Assembly: GCA_965644495.1 (NCBI GenBank)
Contig: CBFFSA010000041.1
Coordinates: forward strand, 12,836 to 76,835
Length of the DNA stretch: 64,000 nt
Direction: 5' to 3'
Source of the DNA: Perkinsela sp. CCAP 1560/9
Lineage: Eukaryota; Protista; Euglenozoa: Kinetoplastea
The notes beneath the pieces were generated by a model. It was not told where the DNA came from. It was given only the letters and a program-made list of their open reading frames with translations, and did no database searches. Each line of letters begins with the position of its first letter. The first letter of the stretch is position 1. The position numbers and the translations under genes are program-made. Below, in pieces: positions 35,828-45,500 of the stretch.

Positions 35828-38800
35828 CAATCCAATCCAATCCAAAATACCGACAAAGTCGGCTAAAATACTTAGCACTTTCACATCAAACACTTCCATC
35901 TCTATCACCTCCAAATTCAGAGTTTTTGTGCCTCCAATACTAGAGCACACAAACCGCATAAAGTAATGGAATATAAAAACTTCCTCAAGGCATATTCTAG
36001 CACACGTACGGAGATACACAGCAAGCACTCACACTTACTTTGGTGTCCCCCTTCCACCGCCAGTTCTCGTAACTTTCTGGCGAATAACAACTCTTTCCTC
36101 TGCCTCACGTTTAGGCGCGGATGAGGCTTTCACTGCACGCTGACTTTTCGCGTTTCGTTTTGCAAACTGCTGAGCAGTGGTTTGCGAATTTGAAGACTTT
36201 CTTCTCTTTATTTCAGGTTCGCTTACTTTCTTTCTAGATGCAGACAATGCGAGCGAGTCTGCTGCCTCGTTCCAAGGATTTCCCGAGTGAGATTTAACTT
36301 TACACATGTATATTTGTACCCCTTGACCCTTCAACGCGCGTAATTTATGGTCGATTTGATCCATCAAGTCTCCATTTGCAATTCCGATGTAGCCTACAAC
36401 GCGAAAACGTGATCTTAAACTGTGAAAATATTGCCAAACGTAACAAGAATCAGTATGAAAAACGCAAGAGAGTGATCCTTCTGGAATTTTCGAAATAGCC
36501 TCACGAAATGCTAATAATTCGGCCCTCTCACTTGTTCCCACCTCCAACGGAATAGAGTAGTAATCAGGGTCACCCTTAATTTTCAAGAAAACAACACCAG
36601 CACCGCTACGCACCGTTTGTGTTCCGCGCAAAACTCTCACTGAACCATCCGTGTAGAAATGTATAGATTTAAGTTTGGGGAATGGCACGCTAGATTCTTC
36701 AATGAATTGTAGCTCTTTATAACTCTTGTTCTTGATAGCTGTGGCTTTCAATGCTTTCCATTTTTTTGTAGTAGCACGCTCGTAGTCAACCACTGGCTCA
36801 AGTGAAAGTTTTAGCTTTTCGGTGAGACGAAACCAATGTTCTCGATCTGTAGCATAAACCAATGCCTCTTCTAAAGTTATACCCAAGTCTGAAATACATG
36901 CTTCGCTTGGAGAAGGACGTCTCGAATTAGATTTATGTCTCCATTGCACCAGCTCTCGATAGTTCGAAGAATGTCTCAGCATGTGTCCGGTAAGTTTGGC
37001 TCTCTGAACTTTGTGAATGGTGGAAAATCGTGATGTATTTACGTAGAGAGAGTCTGTAGGATAGCAAAAACCATACTCGTCCAATTTGTTGCACTGAGAT
37101 GCGATTCTTCTCATCGTATTAATTTCGACATCAATCGAACGCAACATTTTTTGAGAAATGTGCAATGCGCCTGAACCAAAGTTCAGAATAGGGTATATAA
37201 GCACGTCGTATAGTCTGAGTTTAAGATGAGAGCTTAAAGATGAAATCCATATTCCTCGCATGCGGGCAAATGAGGACCAAGCAAGTTTCAAACGATCTTT
37301 GATTGTAGATGATGTTTCATTGTCTTGAAGATGCCCTAGATGTCGATACGAATCTACTCTAGGTACCTTTTCCAGTTCTTTTGTCTGGAGATTCTTATTT
37401 GAGCCGGCAACCTTACCGAAAGGTATCCATGCGGTTTTTGTAACACCTACAGCTATCTTTAGGTTCGCCAAGGAAGCATCCTTTGACGTTTCGTCAATCA
37501 TTTCCTGGAGACCTTCCTTTGTATCACTGAACAATACAATGTCATCTGCAAAATCAATATCAGAAATTCGTTTTTCCTGTAGGTTCCGTTTTCTTGTCCC
37601 GCTTGAACTCAAAAGTAATCCGCGATTTTCCAGGTCCAGCGACTTATTAAGAATGCGATCCATAACCATCACGAAAAGGTAAGGGGCCAACACATCCCCT
37701 TGGAGTATTCCTGTAGTTATCGGAAAAGAATCTGTGATACCAAAAGGTGTGCGGACTACTCCTTTCAGATTTGAGTACAATGACATGATCATTTCGGATA
37801 GACGAACGCCCACGTGAAATGCTTTCAGACTCGCTTTTATCGCAGCGAAAGATACAGATGGGAATGCCTTTGCGAAATCAATGAACGCTACACAAACACC
37901 TTTATTCCGAAATGCCTTGGACTTTATTTCATTCATGATTGTTTGCGCACCAGCGGTAGATCTATTTTGACGAAAACCGTATTGATTGTCTCGAAGAAGT
38001 GGTTCAACGCTGGGGCGGATGCGAGTAAGAATCATAAAATTCATCAGCTTGACTATACTGTTTACAAGGCAAATAGGGCGCCAGTTTGAAAGCTGCGATA
38101 AATCCCCTTTCTTTGGAATAGGTATTTGAAGAATGACTTTCCATGATGCTTCGGTAACGCCTGTTTCATGCACTTCATTGATTAGCTCCAGCAATAAATC
38201 TCTAAAATCCTGATGTGTCGAAATTGCTTGTAAGGCCTCCATGGGAATACCGTCCCCCCCTGGGGCTCTATTCTTCCCGAAGTGCGAAAGCGAATAAAAG
38301 AGCTCCTCGGCAGTAAACTTGCCATCTGAAATTGGTATAAAGGGAAGATGTACTTCATTAAAAGAAATGTTGGGGTCTCCCCGATCGTACCCTGTGAAAT
38401 TCATAAAGTGCTTACGTACCTCTTGGAGCTTATTTTTCTTTGCATTACCAGGCGTAGTGAAGGACACGCGGTAGGTTCCGCACACTTGCCGTAGTGTTCT
38501 CCATGGGTTCGAGTGGTTTTTCTTAATACTTTTTTCGAGCTCTACACATTCATTGGTGATTTCCGTCTCGACTTCTGCTCTATGCTCCTTAACCAGGCTC
38601 TTAAAAGTTGCTATACTTTTACTCTGTTGGTATAACTCTCTAAGCCCATGAGCCATGGACTCTCGTGCGGGCTTTCTATCAGAATTCCGTTTTTGTGGTC
38701 TGTGGAGCTCTCTGGCTGCTTGTAGAATGCATTTTGAGAGAGCTGTCCACTTGGTTGGTGCATCGCTATTTTGCTCATATTTCTTATGCACATTCTTGAC

Positions 38801-41242
38801 GTACTCCGCTCGTTTTGTTTCATCACGAAGTTGAAACCAAGGAATGATTTTTGATGCCTTTGAAGTACTTGATTTCCACTTGATTTTTACGAGCGCTTGT
38901 TCACAGCAGTGCGTTGTGGGAATAGGTGCCATAATAACTTTATGACGTTGTATTGCAGAAGCAAATCTGTTGCAAATACATATGTGATCCAATTGCCGCA
39001 AGACTCTCTTTGGCTTCTTGACGTTCGTTTGTTTTTCACTCTTTGGTGTGTTGTTTGGCAATTCGCATGTCCATGTTCGGCTGCTTGGACAGAGAGCATG
39101 AGCAGATTTGCATCCGATTGAACACAATAATCCCTTGAAACGTGCAATTGCATGTGGATCTAAATCCTTATTGGTCAAAAGTGTAAGTGGTGAGTTAAAG
39201 TCACCTAGAACGAAGAGAGGTCTGTGTAAATTGTTCTCCCGAATTCCTGCGCAGCAGGATTCTACATCCCCATGGAACTCTGTAATCTCTGTCTCGGCAG
39301 AGTCTCTAGTAGGAGAATAAACGTTGACAATGTGTCCAACTCCGTCCTCCATTTCAAATTCGCTTACCATGATTCGCTCAGTCAGTTTTGAAACATTAAT
39401 CAGTGGAGTGCTGCTAATAACACCCATTCCATTATATGCGTCTTTAGCGCGAGCCGATGTGAGGTAAAGATGATAATCCGTTTTCCGGTAACGTACTTTG
39501 CGATGTAGGACTTCAGCCATTTCGGTAGATGAAAACCTGTAGCGCGTCTCCTGCATACATAGTATATGAACTCCTTTCCGATTCATAAAACCAATCACCT
39601 CATACAGATGAGCACTTTTTCGTAGAGAAAATTCATCATCACCCTTCAGCTTTAGAGTAGTCACGTTTAATGTTGCAATGCTGAGCATTTTCTTCACAGC
39701 GAGGTCTCTTGGACCCTCCGAGTCGCGTAGAAAACGTTTGCCAGACTGTTTCCTCGATTTGCGATGTCGCTTTTTCTTGCGACAGACATCCCTAGGCACT
39801 CGCAGACGTGCTGCACACAGTACTACTACTGGATTATAAGGCGGAAAAGGAAGTGTTTCACGCGGACGTTGAGCATAGCGCACTCGCCAACGACCATCAT
39901 TACGAGGATATCCTGCACGGAAAGGACTCCAACGTTCAACGACCCCCTCCCATAGCTTAAAATCTGATGTATTCTCGAGCCTCCATACAACTGCCAGTTC
40001 GCACCCAGAAGACATCTGCCGCGCTAGTTGGCGCAACGACCTCGCGCGGAGTTTAGCAGGCCTTGATTTACCCACAGAAGGATAGAACAAAACCCCCCGA
40101 TCAAGCGTGGAACGCGAGAGAAGATTCATGATTTCAGTGGACTCTCGTGGCCCGGACGCGTCCGCCATTTTATCAAATTAAATTAATAAAAAGGTTGATC
40201 TTAATAAAAAGGTTGATCTTAATAAAAAGGTTGATCTTAATAAAAAGGTTGATCTTAATAAAAAGGTTGATCTTAATAAAAAGGTTGATCTTAATAAAAA
40301 GGTTGATCTTAATAAAAAGGTTGATCTTAATAAAAAGGTTGATCTTAATAAAAAGGTTGATCTTAATAAAAAGGTTGATCTTAATAAAAAGGTTGATCTT
40401 AATAAAAAGGTTGATCTTAATAAAAAGGTTGATCTTAATAAAAAGGTTGATCTTAATAAAAAGGTTGATCTTAATAAAAATGTTGATCTTAATAAAAAGG
40501 TTGATCTTAATAAAAAGGTTGATCTTAATAAAAAGGTTGATCTTAATAAAAAGGTTGATCTTAATAAAAAGGTTGATCTTAATAAAAAGGTTGATCTTAA
40601 TAAAAAGGTTGATCTTAATAAAAAGGTTGATCTTAATAAAAAGGTTGATCTTAATAAAAAGGTTGATCTTAATAAAAAGGTTGATCTTAATAAAAAGGTT
40701 GATCTTAATAAAAAGGTTGATCTTAATAAAAAGGTTGATCTTAATAAAAAGGTTGATCTTAATAAAAAGGTTGATCTTAATAAAAAGGTTGATCTTAATA
40801 AAAAGGTTGATCTTAATAAAAAGGTTGATCTTAATAAAAAGGTTGATCTTAATAAAAAGGTTGATCTTAATAAAAAGGTTGATCTTAATAAAAAGGTTGA
40901 TCTTAATAAAAAGGTTGATCTTAATAAAAAGGTTGATCTTAATAAAAAGGTTGATCTTAATAAAAAGGTTGATCTTAATAAAAAGGTTGATCTTAATAAA
41001 AAGGTTGATCTTAATAAAAAGGTTGATCTTAATAAAAAGGTTGATCTTAATAAAAAGGTTGATCTTAATAAAAAGGTTGATCTTAATAAAAAGGTTGATC
41101 TTAATAAAAAGGTTGATCTTAATAAAAAGGTTGATCTTAATAAAAAGGTTGATCTTAATAAAAAGGTTGATCTTAATAAAAAGGTTGATCTTAATAAAAA
41201 GGTTGATCTTAATAAAAAGGTTGATCTTAATAAAAAGGTTGA
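35828..41242 (-). mobile_element. LINE-A: full-length RTE-like APE-RT-RNase H element
   Basis: (TTGGA)n tail reads TCCAA repeats at ~35826-35845 on the + strand; CCGAC/GTCGG hairpin; 14-bp TSD; 5' 18-bp array. Confidence 0.92.
36035..40168 (-). CDS. LINE-A polyprotein: N-terminal domain, APE, RT, RNase H (intact, 1377 aa)
   Basis: ATLNV, MQET, GDFN, QLDH (APE); QYGFR, FIDFAKAF, GILQGDVLAPYLF, DFADD (RT); YTDGS, RAEL, TDS, NEAAD (RNase H). Confidence 0.93.
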   Translation of the reverse strand: MADASGPRESTEIMNLLSRSTLDRGVLFYPSVGKSRPAKLRARSLRQLARQMSSGCELAVVWRLENTSDFKLWEGVVERWSPFRAGYPRNDGRWRVRYAQRPRETLPFPPYNPVVVLCAARLRVPRDVCRKKKRHRKSRKQSGKRFLRDSEGPRDLAVKKMLSIATLNVTTLKLKGDDEFSLRKSAHLYEVIGFMNRKGVHILCMQETRYRFSSTEMAEVLHRKVRYRKTDYHLYLTSARAKDAYNGMGVISSTPLINVSKLTERIMVSEFEMEDGVGHIVNVYSPTRDSAETEITEFHGDVESCCAGIRENNLHRPLFVLGDFNSPLTLLTNKDLDPHAIARFKGLLCSIGCKSAHALCPSSRTWTCELPNNTPKSEKQTNVKKPKRVLRQLDHICICNRFASAIQRHKVIMAPIPTTHCCEQALVKIKWKSSTSKASKIIPWFQLRDETKRAEYVKNVHKKYEQNSDAPTKWTALSKCILQAARELHRPQKRNSDRKPARESMAHGLRELYQQSKSIATFKSLVKEHRAEVETEITNECVELEKSIKKNHSNPWRTLRQVCGTYRVSFTTPGNAKKNKLQEVRKHFMNFTGYDRGDPNISFNEVHLPFIPISDGKFTAEELFYSLSHFGKNRAPGGDGIPMEALQAISTHQDFRDLLLELINEVHETGVTEASWKVILQIPIPKKGDLSQLSNWRPICLVNSIVKLMNFMILTRIRPSVEPLLRDNQYGFRQNRSTAGAQTIMNEIKSKAFRNKGVCVAFIDFAKAFPSVSFAAIKASLKAFHVGVRLSEMIMSLYSNLKGVVRTPFGITDSFPITTGILQGDVLAPYLFVMVMDRILNKSLDLENRGLLLSSSGTRKRNLQEKRISDIDFADDIVLFSDTKEGLQEMIDETSKDASLANLKIAVGVTKTAWIPFGKVAGSNKNLQTKELEKVPRVDSYRHLGHLQDNETSSTIKDRLKLAWSSFARMRGIWISSLSSHLKLRLYDVLIYPILNFGSGALHISQKMLRSIDVEINTMRRIASQCNKLDEYGFCYPTDSLYVNTSRFSTIHKVQRAKLTGHMLRHSSNYRELVQWRHKSNSRRPSPSEACISDLGITLEEALVYATDREHWFRLTEKLKLSLEPVVDYERATTKKWKALKATAIKNKSYKELQFIEESSVPFPKLKSIHFYTDGSVRVLRGTQTVRSGAGVVFLKIKGDPDYYSIPLEVGTSERAELLAFREAISKIPEGSLSCVFHTDSCYVWQYFHSLRSRFRVVGYIGIANGDLMDQIDHKLRALKGQGVQIYMCKVKSHSGNPWNEAADSLALSASRKKVSEPEIKRRKSSNSQTTAQQFAKRNAKSQRAVKASSAPKREAEERVVIRQKVTRTGGGRGTPK

Positions 41243-41244
41243 TC
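40183..41244. repeat. 18-bp tandem array (TTAATAAAAAGGTTGATC) x59 at the LINE-A 5' end
   Basis: 1062 bp = 59 units; one variant base seen (40481); lies between the TSD copies, overlapping the right copy by 2 nt. Confidence 0.95.
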
Positions 41245-42481
41245 CTGAAGGGGATCACGCACTCGTGTGCAAACATGGACAAGGTATAATAAACCGGCAC
41301 AATTCCCTGGTTGAACATTTTTCCTCCTTCTGCGGGCATGCCTCTTTGGCACCCCAACGAGAGCACAGTCTTGGCAATCGAGGTCCCGGAGGGGGGCTCA
41401 CCAGGCCAGGCGATGTGTTTCTCCCCACGTATTCCAAGGCTAAAGGCATGGTCCTTGATTTTGCAGTTACCCACGCTCAGCAAACTAAATACACGGACAA
41501 AGTTCGTAACGCTAGCTGGGTAGCTGCAGGATCATTCGCCGAGCACTACGCCGCGGAAAAAAAGGTGCACCAACGGTTGGAGGCTGAGGAAGCAGGCCAT
41601 GAATTCACAGCCATGGTGGTAGAGAGCTATGGCTCCTGGAGCGTGAGCGCAACGTCCGTTCTAAAGGGAGTCGGAAAGAGGCGGGCACAGGCCTCAAATG
41701 GGACCCTTACGGAAGAGCAGGCTACAAATAAATTGTATGCCGAATTGAATGTGACCCTCATGCGAGCACAAGCTCGTATGATGGTTACACGCATGGCTGT
41801 GCCCGACCCGAACGAGCCCATCACGGAAGGATAGTGTCGGACCCAACGGATCCTATGGTGGTGACATAGGCCACGGGTGCTGGTCGGGTCGACAGAGTCT
41901 ATGCTCACGCCTAGCCCGCGAGGGCTAGGTACCCCAAGTGAGGTAGTACACGGGTAGTGAATCTCCTCCCCGTCGACCAGCATCCTGTTTCGCGACCGTG
42001 TCGCTGTCGACACAGGCCCGCGCCTGCGCCCTCCCATATAGCAAGGGAAGGGTTCACAAGTCAGGCCGTGGAGTGGTCGAAAGACCCGGTCCGGAACGCG
42101 CGAATGGATTGGGTCTGTATTGCTTGTTTTAGTTTTTACTGTTTCTTGTTTGTAGTATATACTTAGGGGAGATTAAATTGCTAGTTTTGGGCTGAGAAAA
42201 AACAAAAGGTACATCTGTGGAAACAAAAAGAATTGCTAATTTGATTGCTTGTTTTCAACTCAAAAAAAAAAAAAAAAAGACACGTGTGTTTCGTGGCCTC
42301 CACGTCTCCCACCCTCGTACGGCAACCAAAAGTATTTATTACTGCTAACGGGGTGGGAGCGGAGGTGCAGGACCATACGGGCCTGGGTGCATGCGGATCG
42401 GTGAGTGGGGTAGGGAGTGAGGGAAGGGAAGTACGAGAGGGCTAAGAGGAGTAGGTGTGGAAAGTAAAAAAAAAAAAAAAA

Positions 42482-42521
42482 AACTCTTTAACGATAAAGA
42501 TACAGTTTCTGTACCTTGTTG
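42482..42521 (+). other. Spliced-leader exon at the CRE-F 5' end
   Basis: AACTCTTTAACGATAAAGATACAGTTTCTGTACCTTGTTG followed by AATT. Confidence 0.85.
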
Positions 42522-42565
42522 AATTTTTTCTATTTCATCTCTTTCCGAGGTACGGGTTAATTTTT

Positions 42566-45500
42566 ATGTCTGGTATCATCCCCCCCGCAGACACACTTCC
42601 TCCCATAGACGACAACAGCGGAAATCCGGACCACGAAGCCGAAGCCATGGAGACGGACGACAAATGCTTAGAAATTAATGGCAGAACTCACCGACCGGGG
42701 TCTTGGGACCAATTTAAAGGAAACGAACATTTAATCACGGGGACGAGCACATACCATGAAGACCTTTACACGACCCCCATCCCTCAGAATATTCCTGAAG
42801 ATTGGATCCGCCGAACGAACGCGATCGTAGGTGGGGTTAATGAAACACCGGACACAGGTCACACGGAGGTCGAAAATGAAGAGATGCAACACTCCGCTGT
42901 TATCAGGCAAGTAACGCCAGCGAAGAAGACGAAAGAGGCTTTGAATGCTACACAGCATCTAAGTACACCACTCAAAACTGCTCTATCCGCCCAAGCACGT
43001 AGCAATGAGGACATTAAAGGTCACTCCAAGAAAACCCCTACTCCACGGAGAAATAAGCTCATCCGATACCGGGTAGACCCAGAGACACCTTCACTCTTGC
43101 ATCCTTATGAACTTATTCCGGGTCCATCTCAAGAGCAACCAGGAAGAAGACACGAAACCCAGAATATTGAAAACGCTGGCGTTAGCCTCGCTGAGCCCAA
43201 CTCATTGTCCCAAGGAAAGTCTGCCGCGCTCCGAGAGTGCCCGGCCCAGGGATGTTCATGGCGCAGTCCGTCGCATGGCGGATCCTGGCAAGCCTTCTAT
43301 AACCATGTCGCATGCCGGCACGGTAACAGCATCAACCTTTTTGTAAAATTTTGCAAAATGGCGGATGCGTCCGGTGCGCAGGAGTCCACGCGCATTATGA
43401 ATCTTCTTTTGCGTTCCACGCTTGATCGGGGGGACTTGTTTCGTCCTCACAAGGGCGGGAGGAGTCCTGCTAAGCTCCGCGCGAGGTCGTTGAGACAGTT
43501 GTTGCTGCGTATGGAAAAGGGGGCGAGGCTGGCAGTGGTGTGGAGATACGGGTATAGTGATGATTTGAAGTTGTGGGAGGGGGTCGTCGAACGATGGCTT
43601 GGCTTGTGGCGCATTCGATACACCGAGCGCCCGCGTGAAACACTTCCGTTTCCCCCTTTAAGTCCTTTGATCGTTCTCTGCGCTGCTCGTGTTTTCAAAC
43701 CTTTTTCCCTGTCCAGCAGAAAAAAGCGACATCGCAAAAGTAGGGCATTGTCCGGCAAACGTGCTCTTCATGACTCGGAGGGTCCTAGAGGCCCCGCTGT
43801 GAAGGGAAAGCTTAACGTGGCAACCTTGAATGTGACTAGTCTAAAGCTAAAGGGTGAGGATGAGTTTAGTTTGAGAAAGTGCGGGCACCTGTATGAAGTA
43901 CTTAATTTTATGAATATGAAAGGAATCAATATTCTGGGAATGCAGGAGACAAGGTACAGATTTTCGTCTTCTGAAAAGTCGGAGGTACTTTGCCGCAAAG
44001 TACAATACCAGAATTCGGAATATTTCTTCAACCTCATTACAGCTCGCGCGAAGGATGCGTACAATGGAATGGGCATCGTAAGCTCAATGCCTATGTCCAA
44101 GGTATTTCGAGTAAGTGAAAGGATCATGGTTGGTGAATTTGAGATGGAAGACGGAGTTGGGACAGTTGTTAATGTTTATGCTCCTACAAGAGATTCTTCG
44201 GAACTCGCGCTATCAACATTTTACGGAGATTTAGAAAAGTGTTGCACAAAAGCATTAGAAAACAATCTGCGACGCCCTCTTTTCGTGATAGGAGATTTCA
44301 ACGCCCCCTTAACGCTTATATCAAACAAAGAAATGGACCCACTGGCTGTTGCTCGTCTCAAAGGTCTTTCCTGTGCTATGGGATGCAAATCCGCGCATAG
44401 TCTGTGCCCTAGTAGTAGGAAGTGGACGTGTGAGCTGCCAAACAAAACTTTGCGTCAATTGGATCATATATTTATAAGCAGCCGATTCGCATCAGCCATT
44501 CAGCGCCACAAGGTCGTAAAGGCACCAGTTCCCACAACGCACTGCTGTGTAATTGCCAGTGTAAAAATTAAATGGAGAGCAGTAAACCCGAAAGCTGCAA
44601 ATAATTATCTCTCTTGGGCCTTTCTTCGAAACAGTGAAAATCTTCAAGCATTTATTACCAAAGTTCACTCTCAATCTGAGAAGGGGGGTAATATCAAGCA
44701 AGGGTGGGAACGACTTTCGAACAGTATAATAACCGCCGCCAAAAATTTTAAGAAGCCACAAAAACGTACGATAAACAGAGAACCTATTAAGCATGTGAAG
44801 ATAAATAACCTGCGGGGCCTTTATCAGAGAAGCAGACAGAAGACTACGTTTAATGAGTTAATAAAAGAACATAAAAAAGATATTGAACAGACCATTTCGG
44901 AAGAATGCTTAGAACTTGAGAACAAGCTTCGCAAGAATCACTCAAATCCATGGAGAACTCTTCGGCAAATATGTGGACAATACCGTACTCAGTTCAATAC
45001 AAATGGTGAGACGCGTGATATGAAACTACAAGCGATCCGTGAACATTTCTTAAAATTCAGTAATTATGATGCAGGAGATCCAAATATCAGTTTCGACCCT
45101 ATTCCACCATTATTCGTGCCGATCGAGGATGGCCCATTTATTGTTGAGGAGTTGACTTTGTCAGTGAAGCATTTTGGGAGAGGACGAGCACCCGGAAGCG
45201 ACGGAATACCTATGGAGGCACTACAAGCTATCGCAAGTCACGAAGTTCTAAGAGAGCAGCTTTTAGGTATAATAAACAAAGTTTATGAGACCGGGTCTAC
45301 GGATGAAGCTTGGCGAATGACACTCCAGATACCCATACCAAAGAAAGGGGATCTCACTGACATTTCAAACTGGAGGCCGATATGTGTGGTGAATAGCGTT
45401 GTTAAACTGATGAATCACATGATTCTTTCACGCATTCGGCCCAGCGTAGAAGGTTTCCTACGCGATAATCAGTATGGGTTTCGGCCAAACAGATCTACAG

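Larger units (their letters stand above)
32440..41834 (+). pseudogene. CRE-D polyprotein interrupted by LINE-A (coding parts 32440-35827 and 41257-41834)
   Basis: GPEGD|HALVCKHG is split by the insertion; TSD TCCTGAAGGGGATC at 35814-35827 and 41243-41256. Confidence 0.92.

Noticed and set aside
40183-41244. CRISPR array or telomeric repeat
   Set aside because: There are no spacers, the context is eukaryotic, and the array is internal and bracketed by a LINE TSD.
40147-41483. Long ORFs on both strands of the 18-bp array (LIKRLI / IKINLF repeats), reminiscent of repeat-encoded proteins
   Set aside because: A unit length divisible by 3 gives open frames automatically. The minus-strand ORF stops at 40173, before the LINE ATG, and nothing else indicates translation.
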